NCBI GenBank assembly: GCA_052146895.1
Contig: JBKQLZ010000240.1
Location: forward strand, 1-54,859
Length of the DNA: 54,859 bases
Reading direction: 5' to 3'
Origin: Acidimicrobiales bacterium
GTDB taxonomy: Bacteria > Actinomycetota > Acidimicrobiia > Acidimicrobiales > Bog-793
Numbering within the stretch: the first letter of the stretch is position 1; the number at the start of each line of letters is the position of its first letter. A model generated the notes under the pieces. It had not been told where the DNA came from and did not search any database. It saw only the letters and a program-made list of their open reading frames with translations. Below are positions 1 to 12,336 of the stretch, one piece after another. A program made the translations under genes and the position numbers.

Positions 1-1923
1 GTTCAGGATCTTGCCTGCATCGTCGACCGAGATGTGACGCAGCACGCTCACTTGCCCAGTCTCGAGGTCGACTTCCACGACCGACACGTGCGTCCCGAAC
101 GGGAACGTCGCGCCGGGGTACTCGAAGTCCGCCTCCGCTTGGAGAGGCACGCCGTCGCGCTCGATCGACGCCGCCGCGAGCTCTGGCCACGAGCGGGAGA
201 TGGAGGGCGTGCCCACCACGTGGAAGCGCCCGCCCGCTTTGTCGAGGACGACGTCGGCGGGATCGGCCTCGAGCAGGTCGGCTGCGAGCTCCCGCGCCCG
301 GTCGACGACCTCGCCCGCTGCCTGGTTCACTGCCGTGCCCCCGAGCTGGAGCGAGCGCGACCCACCGGTCCCGCCACCCCTCGGCACGATGTCGGTGTCC
401 CCGTGGATCACCTCGATGTCCTCGAGGGCCACGCCCATCGCGTCCGCGACGATCATCGACCAAGCCGTCGCATGACCCTGGCCGTGCGGAGACGTCCCGG
501 TCCGGACTATCACCTTGCCATCGGGTCGCACTTCGACGGCGCCGAACTCGCCCCCGGAGATCGGTGCCGTGATCTCGACGTAGCTGGAGATCCCGATGCC
601 GAGCTGCTTCACCGACTTGTCGCTCGCGCCGGCCTCACGGCGACGAGCCTGCTCGGCACGCAGGTCCTCGTATCCGGCGTGCTCGAGCGCGAGGTCGAAG
701 GCACGGGAGTAGTCGCCCGAGTCGTACTGGGTTCCGACGGCCGTCATGTACGGGAACGCGTCCGCCGCGATGAAGTTGCGCCGGCGCACGTCGGCAGGAT
801 CGAGCCCGAGCTCGGCCGCGAAGCAGTCGACCGCCCGTTCCAGAGCGGCGGTCGCCTCGGGCCGGCCCGCTCCTCGGTAAGCGACCGTCGGCATGGTGTT
901 CGTCAGGATCGACCGGGTCGAGCACTCGACCTTCGGTATGGCATAGACGCCCGGGGCCATCTGGCGGGTCATGAACGGGAGCACCGCACCGATGTCGGCG
1001 TAAGCGCCCGAGTCCTGCAGGACGTTCAGCCGGTACGCCGTGATATCGCCCTCGCGGGTGCCGCCGATCGTGACGTCCTGGACCTGCCCCCGCCCGTGCC
1101 CGAGCCCCAGCATCGAGTCCGAACGGGTCTCGGACCAACGCACCGGACGACCGAGCGCGCGGGCGCACCACGCCACGACAAGCTCCTCGGTGTACACCGA
1201 TCCCTTCGCGCCGAATCCACCTCCAACGTCTGGCGAGATCACATGGACGTCCTCGGGCGCGAGGCCGAGCTCGGCGACGAGCGTCTCTTTCACCCCGTGC
1301 GCCCCTTGCGTGGACGCAAAGAAACGCAACCGCCCCTCAACCATCTCCGCCGCCGCCGCCCGGACCTCGAGCGGGCACGGCGCGACGCGCTGATTCACGA
1401 TCCTCTGGCGCACCACGACCTCGCAGTCGTCGAAGAGAGATCCATCCTCGGGGAACTGGAGCTCGAACGGGATGTTGGTGTCGGATCCCGCGAAGATCAT
1501 CGTCTTGCTCGTGACCGCTTCCTCAGGGTCGACAACGACCGGCAACGGCTCGTACTCGATCACCACGAGCTCTGCGGCGTCCGCCCCGGCCTCCCGGCTC
1601 TCTGCGACGATGGCGATCACGGGCTCGCCGACATAACGAACGACGCCGTCGGCGAGGAACGAGCGCTTCATCGCCTGATTGAGGAAGCCCATCGGGGCGG
1701 CCGGACCGGCGTCGATGTCGTCGTTCGTGTACACCGCCACCACGCCCGGCGCCGACTGGGCGCCTCCGGCGTCGACCGCCGCGATCCGCGCGTGCGCGGA
1801 CGTCGATCGCACGAACGTCACGTGAAGAGCCCCGTCGATGGCGAGGTCACCGACGTACGTGCCCCCGACCGTCAGGAATTTAGGGTCCTCCCGGCGAAGG
1901 ACACGGTTGCCGAGGATGCTCAC
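1..1923 (-). CDS. Xanthine dehydrogenase/CoxL-family molybdopterin-binding large subunit (form-II CoxL-like); C-terminus runs off the window
   Basis: Absent from the ORF track because no stop lies in the window. My minus-strand translation from GTG at 1923 gives VSILGNRVLRREDPKFLTVGGTYVGDLAIDG. In frame further on is NTMPTVAYRGAGRPEATAAL, the AYRGAGR loop typical of form-II CoxL-like proteins. The listed ORF 34..2112 (+) is its antisense shadow. Confidence 0.85.
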   Translation of the reverse strand, partial: MSILGNRVLRREDPKFLTVGGTYVGDLAIDGALHVTFVRSTSAHARIAAVDAGGAQSAPGVVAVYTNDDIDAGPAAPMGFLNQAMKRSFLADGVVRYVGEPVIAIVAESREAGADAAELVVIEYEPLPVVVDPEEAVTSKTMIFAGSDTNIPFELQFPEDGSLFDDCEVVVRQRIVNQRVAPCPLEVRAAAAEMVEGRLRFFASTQGAHGVKETLVAELGLAPEDVHVISPDVGGGFGAKGSVYTEELVVAWCARALGRPVRWSETRSDSMLGLGHGRGQVQDVTIGGTREGDITAYRLNVLQDSGAYADIGAVLPFMTRQMAPGVYAIPKVECSTRSILTNTMPTVAYRGAGRPEATAALERAVDCFAAELGLDPADVRRRNFIAADAFPYMTAVGTQYDSGDYSRAFDLALEHAGYEDLRAEQARRREAGASDKSVKQLGIGISSYVEITAPISGGEFGAVEVRPDGKVIVRTGTSPHGQGHATAWSMIVADAMGVALEDIEVIHGDTDIVPRGGGTGGSRSLQLGGTAVNQAAGEVVDRARELAADLLEADPADVVLDKAGGRFHVVGTPSISRSWPELAAASIERDGVPLQAEADFEYPGATFPFGTHVSVVEVDLETGQVSVLRHISVDDAGKILN

Positions 1924-1945
1924 GGAGCGACCCTACCCGTAAAGC

Positions 1946-2413
1946 TCAGGCGGACGCCTTCCAGAACTCGAGCCTTTGCACCACCCTCTGCCAGAAGCTC
2001 GGACCCCCATGCGCGGCCGATCCCCCGCCCACTTGCGCCACTTGCGAGTCGGTCGGCACGATGTCCGACTTCGGGATCGTCGTCTCGCCGAGAGGGGCGC
2101 TCGTGCCCGTAGAACCGTGGCCGCGCACCGAGCCCGTAGCCCCGCCGCCAGGCATCACCACGACCGAGCGCTGGCCCGGCTCGACGAGGCCGTACTCCTG
2201 GTGCGCGATCTGTTCGATCGTGGAACCCTGCTGCAGATCATGGACCTGGGCTTCGAGCGCTCTGTTCTCTGCGCGGACCTTGGCGAGCGCGGACGTGACC
2301 TCTGACGCGGCCGAGCGGGCGTGCATGAGGTCGGCGATCGGAACCTCTGTCAGCACGAGTACGCCGGCCAACACGACGGCAACGAGGAAGAAGATGCGGG
2401 CGCGGCGCAGCAC
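1946..2413 (-). CDS. Septum formation initiator family protein (FtsB/DivIC-like)
   Basis: 155 aa with a GTG start. It has an N-terminal TM segment (IFFLVAVVLAGVLVL) followed by a coiled coil (ALAKVRAENRALEAQVHDLQQ) and the IEQIAHQEYGLVEPG motif. It starts 2 nt after the eno stop, the usual actinobacterial eno-ftsB synteny. Confidence 0.75.
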   Translation of the reverse strand: MLRRARIFFLVAVVLAGVLVLTEVPIADLMHARSAASEVTSALAKVRAENRALEAQVHDLQQGSTIEQIAHQEYGLVEPGQRSVVVMPGGGATGSVRGHGSTGTSAPLGETTIPKSDIVPTDSQVAQVGGGSAAHGGPSFWQRVVQRLEFWKASA

Positions 2414-2415
2414 AG

Positions 2416-5217
<2,802 letters not shown>

Positions 5218-5221
<4 letters not shown>

Positions 5222-6348
5222 CCGCCTGAGCCGGAGGACGGCACGGGCGCCTTCAGTAGCGGTCCCTGGACGGCCGATGGGTTCAGAACGAATCCCATCG
5301 GCGAGCCGGCCGGCACCTCGACCCGGCCGCCGAAGCCCGAGGCGCTCGACGAGCTCGAGCCGGCCTTCGTCGTCCACGTGCCGTACTGCGGGTTGACCTT
5401 GATCGAAGCCCGGCGCACGCCTGCGGAGACAGCTGACGAGAAGGCCTGGCTGTAGGTCGTGAAGATCTGGTCGAGCCCGTCGAGCGCAGGCTCGAACGGG
5501 CGCGAGGTGATGCGCAGCACGACGTAGGCGGTCCCGTTCGAGCCCGCGTAGGAGACCGGCCCAACCGTGGCTCCGGTGCGAGCGGCAGCGACCGCTGCCT
5601 CGACGGTCGTGGAGCTGTCCGATGCGAGCTGGGCGTTCGTGTAGCAACCGAACGAGCCGTTGCCAGCCGTGCCTGGCGAGTACTTCGCCAGCACCGACGA
5701 CATGCTCGCCCCCTGCTTCAGCAAGCGAGCGGCCAACTTGCCGGTGGCCTTGGTCTTCACGAACAATCCCGAAAGGCAGCTCTCCTCCGTGACCGAGGGG
5801 TGCGCTGCCTCGTAGCTTGCGATGCCGGCGAGCGTGAGAGGCACATGTGCAGCGCGAGCTGCGAGTGCGTCCTCGTCCAGCTGCAGCTGGACGAAGGAGT
5901 CCGACAGCGCGGGGCCGAGCTGCCCCAGGAGGTCGGGCTGGGTGGATCCGCATTCGCTCGTGAGGTCGCCCGCGAAGGCGCCGTTCACCTGGCTCCTGGC
6001 CAAGGCGACGGCGGCCGGAGGCAGAGCCAGGTGAGCCGACTGGACGACTGTGTGCGCAACCTGCGTGTCGATCAGGTTCGTGAGAACGAAGGCCACGAAC
6101 GAGCTGTCGTAGGTGTCGCTCCCGGCGCCATCGAATCGGTAGCCGCCGGAGCTCGAGTGCTCGAGCAGGCACTCGAAGAGGTTGTTCGAGCTGGCGATGT
6201 GAAGCGCGCTGTCGAGCTGCGCCGGCGTTATCACAGTCGAGCCGACCTTGGCCGCGTACGGCGACCACTGGACGTTGCAGCCTGATCCGAGGAGCACGAG
6301 GGCGGCGCCGACCGGTAGGGCCAGCAGCCGAGTGATGAGGCGTTTCAC
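5218..6348 (-). CDS. Probable secreted lipoprotein, SurA-N/PrsA-like chaperone (degenerate parvulin-type)
   Basis: GTG start. The signal peptide MKRLITRLLALPVGAALVLLGSGC ends in Cys. It sits between mfd and mazG, where actinobacteria carry a SurA N-terminal-domain/PPIase-like gene. The functional call is by context and weak similarity only. Confidence 0.6.
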
Positions 6349-6426
6349 GATCCGCCGATGGTACGAGGGACTGGGCCAGGCAGCCAGTCGCGGCTTGGCT
6401 CACCTGGGCGCGCCTCGGCCGGCGTG

Positions 6427-9400
6427 TCAGGCGACCTGCTCGGCAGGGACCAACTCCGAGAGCAGCTGGACGATGCGAGCAGGCAGGTCCTCGCCCGATG
6501 CCAACGGGACGATGAGCTGGCTCGGCTCCTCCTTCCAGATCGCCCGTGGGTGCAGGCGGCGCAGGCGAACTTGTGCCGATACCGGCAACCGGAGCGGCGC
6601 CAGCCGCACGACGACCTCGCCGAGCCGGCCGGGGTTGCCAGGTGTTCCCGGCCGCGCCACGCCGGCGCTGATCTCCGTCACGCCGGTCCTGACGCACTCG
6701 GCTCGCAGGCGTCCGATGGCCAGAAGCGCTTGGGCCGCGTTCGGGAGAGGGCCGTAGCGATCGAGCCACTCCTGCCGCAGGTCGTCGACGGCCGACTGCT
6801 CCCTGACCTCGACGAGGCGCCGATAGGCCTCGAGGCGCAGGTCCTCCCGGCCGACGTACGACTCGGGGAGCGACGCCTTGATCGGCAGGTCGATGGTGAT
6901 CTCCACCGGGATGCGGATCGGCTCGCCCTTCAGCTCGGAGACCGCCTCGGAGACCATGCGGACATAGAGGTCGTAGCCGACCGCGGCGATGTGACCGGAC
7001 TGGTCGTTACCGAGGAGGTTCCCGGCGCCGCGGATCTCGAGGTCCCTCATGGCGATCTTGAACCCCGAACCGAGCTCTGTGTGCTCTCCGATGGTCCGCA
7101 GCCGTTCGTACGACTGCTCGGAGAGGACCCGATCCGGCGGGAACAGCAGGTATGCGTACGCCCGGCGGTCACCTCGGCCGACCCGGCCACGCAACTGGTG
7201 GAGCTGGCCGAGGCCGAGCATGTCGGCGCGGTCGACGACCATCGTGTTGACCGTCGGCATGTCGATGCCCGACTCGATGATCGTCGTGCAGACGAGAACG
7301 TCGTAGCGGCCCTCCCAGAACTCGAGCACGACCTGCTCGAGCGAGCCCTCGTCCATCTGGCCGTGGGCGATAGCGATGCGGGCGTCCGGTACGAGCTCCT
7401 GCAATCGCCTCGTCGTGGGCTCGATGTCCTGGATGCGATTGTGGACGAAGAAGACCTGGCCCTCCCTCAGCAGCTCGCGCCGGATGGCCTCTGCCACCGC
7501 GCGCTCGTCGTACTCGCCCACATAGGTGAGGATGGGCTGGCGCTCCGACGGTGGGGTGTTGATCAGCGACAGGTCTCTGATCCCGGTCAGACTCAGCTCG
7601 AGCGTCCGGGGAATCGGGCTGGCGGTGAGCGTCATGACGTCGACCCCGGCGGTCAACATCTTGATCGCTTCCTTGTGGGACACGCCGAAGCGCTGCTCCT
7701 CGTCGACGACCAGCAGACCGAGCCGCTTGAATTGGACATCGCTCCCGAGCAGGCGGTGGGTGCCGATGACGACGTCGACCGAGCCGTCGGCCAGACCTCG
7801 CACGACCTTGCGCGCTTCGGCCGCGGTGAGGAAGCGGGAGAGCATCTCGACCCGCATCGGGTAAGGCGCGAACCGGTCCCCGAACGTCTGGAGGTGCTGG
7901 CTCGCGAGAAGGGTGGTCGGGACGAGCACCGCCGTCTGGAAGCCATCCTGCACGGCCTTGAACACGGCCCGGATTGCCACCTCGGTCTTCCCGAAGCCCA
8001 CATCGCCGCAGACCAACCGGTCCATCGGGCGCGGCTGCTCCATGTCGGCCTTCACGTCGGCGATCGCCTTCAGCTGATCGACGGTCTCGGGATAGGGAAA
8101 CGCCTGCTCCATCTCGACCTGCCAGGGTGTGTCGGCCGCGAACTGGTGCCCCTCGATGCTGGCTCTGCGCTGGTACAGCTGGACGAGCTCTCTCGCTATC
8201 TCGCGCGTGGCGGCCCTGACACGAGCCTTCTGCTTCTGCCAGTCCGACCCACCCAAGCGGTTGAGCGACGGGTGATCCCCTCCCGAGTACGGAGTGATGG
8301 CGTCGATCTGGTCCGAGGGGACATAGAGCTTGTCTCCACCTCGGTACTCGAGCAGGAGGTAGTCCCGCTCGGCCCCGCCAAGGTTCCGCTTGACGAGACC
8401 TCCGTACCGCGCGACCCCGTGTATGTGGTGGACGACGAACGCCCCCGGCTCGAGATCGTCGAAGAAACCCTCGATCGCCCTCTGCCTAGGCCTCGCGACC
8501 CGGTGCGGCCGCCGCCTGCCCGTGATATCCGGTTCGGCGAGGATCGCGAGCTTCGAATTAGGAAAGACGGTGCCTTTCTCCAGCTGGGCAACCGTGATGT
8601 GCACGCCAGGGAGGCGCAGGGCGCCGCCGTCGGCAGGCTCCACGAGATCGGCGGTCAAGCCCTGTTCATCGAGCACCGTCTTGATCCGCCGGGCGGACCC
8701 GTCGCCGTCTGCGGCTATCACGACGCGGTAGCCGTCGCCACTCAGATCAGTGAGGCGCTTCACCAGTGCGGCCGCATCGCCAAGGACAGGTGGCCAGCCG
8801 CTCGTCGGGATGTTCACGATGTCGGGCGAGTCGGCTACCGCCAATACCGACGACAAGAGCGCAGCCGAGTGAGAGAGCAGGCGTTCGAAAGGCAGGTGGA
8901 GCCGCGGCACCCCATGCTCGGAGCCGGGCGCCGGCTCGCCAGGTGTCACCCAGGTCGAGGCAAGCGCATCCGCGAGGGACTCCTCTTCCTCGATCAGCTC
9001 CGCCGCGCGGTCACGGAGGCGCCGCGGCTCGACGAGGACGACTCGTGCTTCGGGAGAGAGCAGGTCGGTGAACAGGTGCTCCTCGTCGGTCAGCCACGGG
9101 AGCCAGGACTCCATGCCGTCGAAGAGAAGCCCTTCCGCGATGCGGTCGAAGACATCTCTTGCGACAGGTGACTCGCGGGCAAGGACGCGAGCGCGGTCCC
9201 GGACGGCGTCGGTCAGCACGAGCTCGCGGCAACCGAAGAACTCAACCGAGTCGATGTCGCCGATGGAGCGCTGGTCGCCCACGTCGAAATGTGTGAGCCG
9301 TTCCACCTCGTCGCCCCACAGGTCGATCCGGACACCCGCGTCGGCTGTCGACCCGAACACGTCGACTATCCCACCTCGGACCGCAAGCTCCCCCCTGTGC

Positions 9401-9939
9401 TCGACCTGGTACTCGCGGCGGTAGCCGGCCTCGACGAGACGCCTGACGAGATCGTCGGGATCGATTTCCTGGCCGGCCTCCACCCTGATCGGCTCGGTGT
9501 CCTCGACGCGCGGACCGAGGCGCTGCAGCAGCGCCCTCACCGGAGCGACCACGAGGCGCGGCCCGACGGCTCCTTGCTCCACCCCCTCTTCGCCTTCCCA
9601 GCCCCGCCGCGCGTGGCGGAGGTGCCACATGGCTCGCATGCGCCGGCCCATCGTCTCGACGCCAGGTGAGACGCGCTCGAACGGCAGCGTCTCCCATGCC
9701 GGGAGCAGATCGACGGACTCCGGCCCGGCGAAAGCACCAAGGTCGTGCGCGAGGTTCTCGGCCTCCCTCATGGTCGGCGTCGCGATCAGCACGACCGGCG
9801 CGCTGCCGAGGGAAGCCACTGCCGCGAGAACCGCCGGCCGGGCGGACTCGCTCACCGCTACGACGCTGTCGGTGCTTCCTAGGAGCCGCGCGAGGCCGGC
9901 TTCGCCGGCGAGCAGACCGGGGAGTGCTCTGAGGGTCAC
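6427..9939 (-). CDS. mfd: Transcription-repair coupling factor Mfd
   Basis: 1170 aa. It carries the superfamily-2 helicase motifs GDVGFGKTEVA, DEEQRFGV, TATPIPRT and QLHQLRGRVGR, plus a TRG-like C-terminal region. The GTG start overlaps the pth stop (GTGA). Confidence 0.97.
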   Translation of the reverse strand: MTLRALPGLLAGEAGLARLLGSTDSVVAVSESARPAVLAAVASLGSAPVVLIATPTMREAENLAHDLGAFAGPESVDLLPAWETLPFERVSPGVETMGRRMRAMWHLRHARRGWEGEEGVEQGAVGPRLVVAPVRALLQRLGPRVEDTEPIRVEAGQEIDPDDLVRRLVEAGYRREYQVEHRGELAVRGGIVDVFGSTADAGVRIDLWGDEVERLTHFDVGDQRSIGDIDSVEFFGCRELVLTDAVRDRARVLARESPVARDVFDRIAEGLLFDGMESWLPWLTDEEHLFTDLLSPEARVVLVEPRRLRDRAAELIEEEESLADALASTWVTPGEPAPGSEHGVPRLHLPFERLLSHSAALLSSVLAVADSPDIVNIPTSGWPPVLGDAAALVKRLTDLSGDGYRVVIAADGDGSARRIKTVLDEQGLTADLVEPADGGALRLPGVHITVAQLEKGTVFPNSKLAILAEPDITGRRRPHRVARPRQRAIEGFFDDLEPGAFVVHHIHGVARYGGLVKRNLGGAERDYLLLEYRGGDKLYVPSDQIDAITPYSGGDHPSLNRLGGSDWQKQKARVRAATREIARELVQLYQRRASIEGHQFAADTPWQVEMEQAFPYPETVDQLKAIADVKADMEQPRPMDRLVCGDVGFGKTEVAIRAVFKAVQDGFQTAVLVPTTLLASQHLQTFGDRFAPYPMRVEMLSRFLTAAEARKVVRGLADGSVDVVIGTHRLLGSDVQFKRLGLLVVDEEQRFGVSHKEAIKMLTAGVDVMTLTASPIPRTLELSLTGIRDLSLINTPPSERQPILTYVGEYDERAVAEAIRRELLREGQVFFVHNRIQDIEPTTRRLQELVPDARIAIAHGQMDEGSLEQVVLEFWEGRYDVLVCTTIIESGIDMPTVNTMVVDRADMLGLGQLHQLRGRVGRGDRRAYAYLLFPPDRVLSEQSYERLRTIGEHTELGSGFKIAMRDLEIRGAGNLLGNDQSGHIAAVGYDLYVRMVSEAVSELKGEPIRIPVEITIDLPIKASLPESYVGREDLRLEAYRRLVEVREQSAVDDLRQEWLDRYGPLPNAAQALLAIGRLRAECVRTGVTEISAGVARPGTPGNPGRLGEVVVRLAPLRLPVSAQVRLRRLHPRAIWKEEPSQLIVPLASGEDLPARIVQLLSELVPAEQVA

Positions 9940-10502
9940 GAACGTGTATTGAAGCGGTTCATCGCAGTCGACAGTCCATCGGCGAGCAAAGCTTCCACCG
10001 CATCGGCAGCCTGCTCGACCGCGACGGCGAGCAACTCACGATCGGCTTTGCCAGGCCTCCGGAGAACGTGGTCGATCCCTTGTGACCGTCCCGGCGGCTT
10101 CCCGACACCGATCCTGACCCTGATGAAGTCGCGGTGGTGCAGGTGCTGCTCTACGGAGCGCAGGCCGTTGTGCCCGGCTATGCCGCCTCCTGCCTTTATC
10201 CGCACTACACCCGGTTCGAGGTCGAGCTCGTCGTGGACGACCACGATCTTGGGCGCCTCGTCCGCGACGTAACGGCGGGCGAGCACGCTCACCGACACAC
10301 CGGAGTCGTTCATGTACGTGTTCGGGACGGCGAGGGCGAGGACCTTGCCGCCCGTCCTCACAACGGCGGTCTCGGCTTGCGTGCCCTTCTCAGCCTTCAA
10401 CCGGACGTCGTGGCGGGCCGCAACGAGCCTCACGGCATCGGCGCCGTAGTTGTGACGGGTGCCTTGATACTCCTGGCCGGGATTGCCCAGCCCTACCGCC
10501 AA
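9936..10502 (-). CDS. pth: Peptidyl-tRNA hydrolase
   Basis: VGLGNPGQEYQGTRHNYG and GIAGHNGLRS are Pth signatures. TTG start, 188 aa. Confidence 0.93.
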   Translation of the reverse strand: MAVGLGNPGQEYQGTRHNYGADAVRLVAARHDVRLKAEKGTQAETAVVRTGGKVLALAVPNTYMNDSGVSVSVLARRYVADEAPKIVVVHDELDLEPGVVRIKAGGGIAGHNGLRSVEQHLHHRDFIRVRIGVGKPPGRSQGIDHVLRRPGKADRELLAVAVEQAADAVEALLADGLSTAMNRFNTRS

Positions 10503-10558
10503 CAGGTCTGCGGTGGTGGAGCCCGCCGGCTTGTGGCCGCCGCCGGGACGGGGGAACC

Positions 10559-11218
10559 TCAGCTCTCGCCGGCGCCTTCGCCGCCGGCAGGCTCCGCCTC
10601 GGCGCCGGGCACGGCCCCTTCTGCACCTTCGACGACCTCGGGCTCTTCTTCGACTGCGACGACCTGCGGAGGCTGACCGGTCACGACTGCCTGGTCGGGG
10701 TCGGCGTCACTCTCGACACCCTCGGGCAGTTCTATGTCCCTGACCCGAATCGTGATACCGATCTCGAGATTGGTGATGTCGATGTCGAGGTGAGGAGGCA
10801 AGTTGGCGGGTCGCGCCTTGACGTTGAGGCTCTGTAGCTCCTGGGCAACGGTCCCGGCTCCGCGCTGCACAGCAAGGGCCTCTCCGATGAGCAGGATCGG
10901 CACGTCGGCGGAGATGATCTCGTCCCGGCTGACGACCTGGAAGTCGATGTGGGTCACGGTCTGACGCACCGGGTGCCGCTGCAGCTGACGGGCGACGGCC
11001 AAGTGCTGCGTCGAGCCGATGTGCAGCTCGAGGAGCGCGCGGGCGCCGGCCTCGCCGTTCAGGGCGATCCGGAGGTCACGGGCGTCGACCGAGACCGGGA
11101 TCGGCTCGATCCCGTGCCCGTAGACGACAGCAGGGATCCGGCCGTCGCGGCGCAGCTGGCGACTGGCGCGGCTGCCCTCTGGCCGGCCTGTCTCGGCGAC
11201 TAGCTGAATTTCTGCCAT
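10559..11218 (-). CDS. rplY: 50S ribosomal protein L25 / general stress protein Ctc
   Basis: RRDGRIPAVVYGHG and THIDFQ motifs. It has the long Ctc-type form with an acidic, Gly-rich C-terminus. Conserved prs-ctc-pth order. Confidence 0.93.
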   Translation of the reverse strand: MAEIQLVAETGRPEGSRASRQLRRDGRIPAVVYGHGIEPIPVSVDARDLRIALNGEAGARALLELHIGSTQHLAVARQLQRHPVRQTVTHIDFQVVSRDEIISADVPILLIGEALAVQRGAGTVAQELQSLNVKARPANLPPHLDIDITNLEIGITIRVRDIELPEGVESDADPDQAVVTGQPPQVVAVEEEPEVVEGAEGAVPGAEAEPAGGEGAGES

Positions 11219-11297
11219 GGGACGCGCTCCTGCAAAGGGGTCGAGAGGGGGTTCACTTGCGGCCTTACCTGCGGCCCGGAGAGTTTAGGCCATCTGG

Positions 11298-11323
11298 GAG
11301 GGGCTGCCATCCGGGTGCCCCTC
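11298..11323 (-). terminator. Hairpin just downstream of prs (possible terminator or attenuator)
   Basis: GAGGGGC-N12-GCCCCTC, a 7-bp GC-rich stem starting about 10 nt after the prs stop codon. There is no U-tract. Confidence 0.3.
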
Positions 11324-11333
11324 TGAGCCTGCG

Positions 11334-12305
11334 CTACAGGAGGTTCTGCCCGCCGAAGATCTCCGACACGGACGTGTCCTCGAACACTGCGTCGATGGCG
11401 TCCGCGATGATCTGCGCGATCGAGATCACCTCGAGCTTGTCGATCCGCCGCTCCGGCGGGACGGGAAGGGTATTCGTCACGACCACACGGGAGATCGGCG
11501 CTGCCTTCAGCCTGTCCAGCGCCGGTCCGGCCAATATCGCGTGCGTCGCCATCGCCCAAACATCGGTGGCACCCTCCTCGACCAACCGCTCGGCCGCGAC
11601 GCAGATCGTCCCCGCTGTCCCGATCATGTCGTCGATGATCACGCAGCGGCGCCCGCCGACGCGCCCGACCACCTCGAACGCCTCGACCTCGTCGATGGAC
11701 CCGCGGGGCCGGCGCTTGTGCACGAAAGCGAGGTCCGTACCGAGGACTTGGCTGTAGCGCTCGGCCACCTTCACCCGCCCGGCGTCTGGCGACACGATGA
11801 CCATGTCGGTGTCCCCGTGGCTGCGCAAGTAGTCGATCAGTACCGGCATGGCGGTCAAGTGGTCGACGGGACCATCGAAGAAACCCTGAATCTGCCCCGA
11901 ATGCAGATCCACACTCACGATTCGGTCCGCGCCCGCTGCGGAGAGAAGGTCGGCGACTAGCTTCGCCGTGATCGGCTCACGCCCGGTCGACTTCCGGTCC
12001 TGGCGTGAGTAGCCGTAGTACGGGCAGACCGCAGTGATGCGCTTCGCCGAGGCGCGCTTTGCCGCGTCCAGCATCACGAGCATCTCCATGATCGAGTCGT
12101 TGACCGGCGCTGCGTGCGTCTGGACGATGAAGAGGTCGACGCCGCGGATCGAGTTGCCGTAACGGCAGTGCAGCTCCGAGTCGGTGAACTCCCTCAGGTT
12201 CGTCTCGCCGAGAGTCACGCCGAGGCACTTGGCGATCTCCTCGGCGAGCTCGGGGTGGGCGCGGCCTGACACGAGCTCCAGCCTGCGCGTCGGCGTCAAT
12301 TCCAT
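11334..12305 (-). CDS. prs: Ribose-phosphate pyrophosphokinase
   Basis: YYGYSRQDRK, VSVDLHSGQIQGFF and IIDDMIGTAGT motifs. I trimmed the ORF to ATG 12305 (MELTPTRRLELVSG), giving 323 aa. Confidence 0.95.
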   Translation of the reverse strand: MELTPTRRLELVSGRAHPELAEEIAKCLGVTLGETNLREFTDSELHCRYGNSIRGVDLFIVQTHAAPVNDSIMEMLVMLDAAKRASAKRITAVCPYYGYSRQDRKSTGREPITAKLVADLLSAAGADRIVSVDLHSGQIQGFFDGPVDHLTAMPVLIDYLRSHGDTDMVIVSPDAGRVKVAERYSQVLGTDLAFVHKRRPRGSIDEVEAFEVVGRVGGRRCVIIDDMIGTAGTICVAAERLVEEGATDVWAMATHAILAGPALDRLKAAPISRVVVTNTLPVPPERRIDKLEVISIAQIIADAIDAVFEDTSVSEIFGGQNLL

Positions 12306-12336
12306 GGTCGAGCCCTCCGTCTGGTCGGTGCGCGCG

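Noticed and set aside
34-2112. 692-aa plus-strand ORF
   Set aside because: It is the antisense shadow of the CoxL/XDH-family gene. Its product is Arg/Asp/His/Pro-rich and low in complexity with no motifs, whereas the minus strand gives a clean XDH-family translation.
5222-6769. N-terminal ~515 aa of the 1010-aa minus-strand ORF 3737..6769
   Set aside because: It is a read-through in the mazG frame across the lipoprotein gene and the mfd 3' end. The translation is Arg/Pro/Gly-rich junk, and only the C-terminal ~495 aa form the YabN/MazG protein.
6358-9171. 937-aa plus-strand ORF
   Set aside because: It is antisense to mfd, whose helicase motifs are unambiguous. This is the usual high-GC long-ORF artefact.
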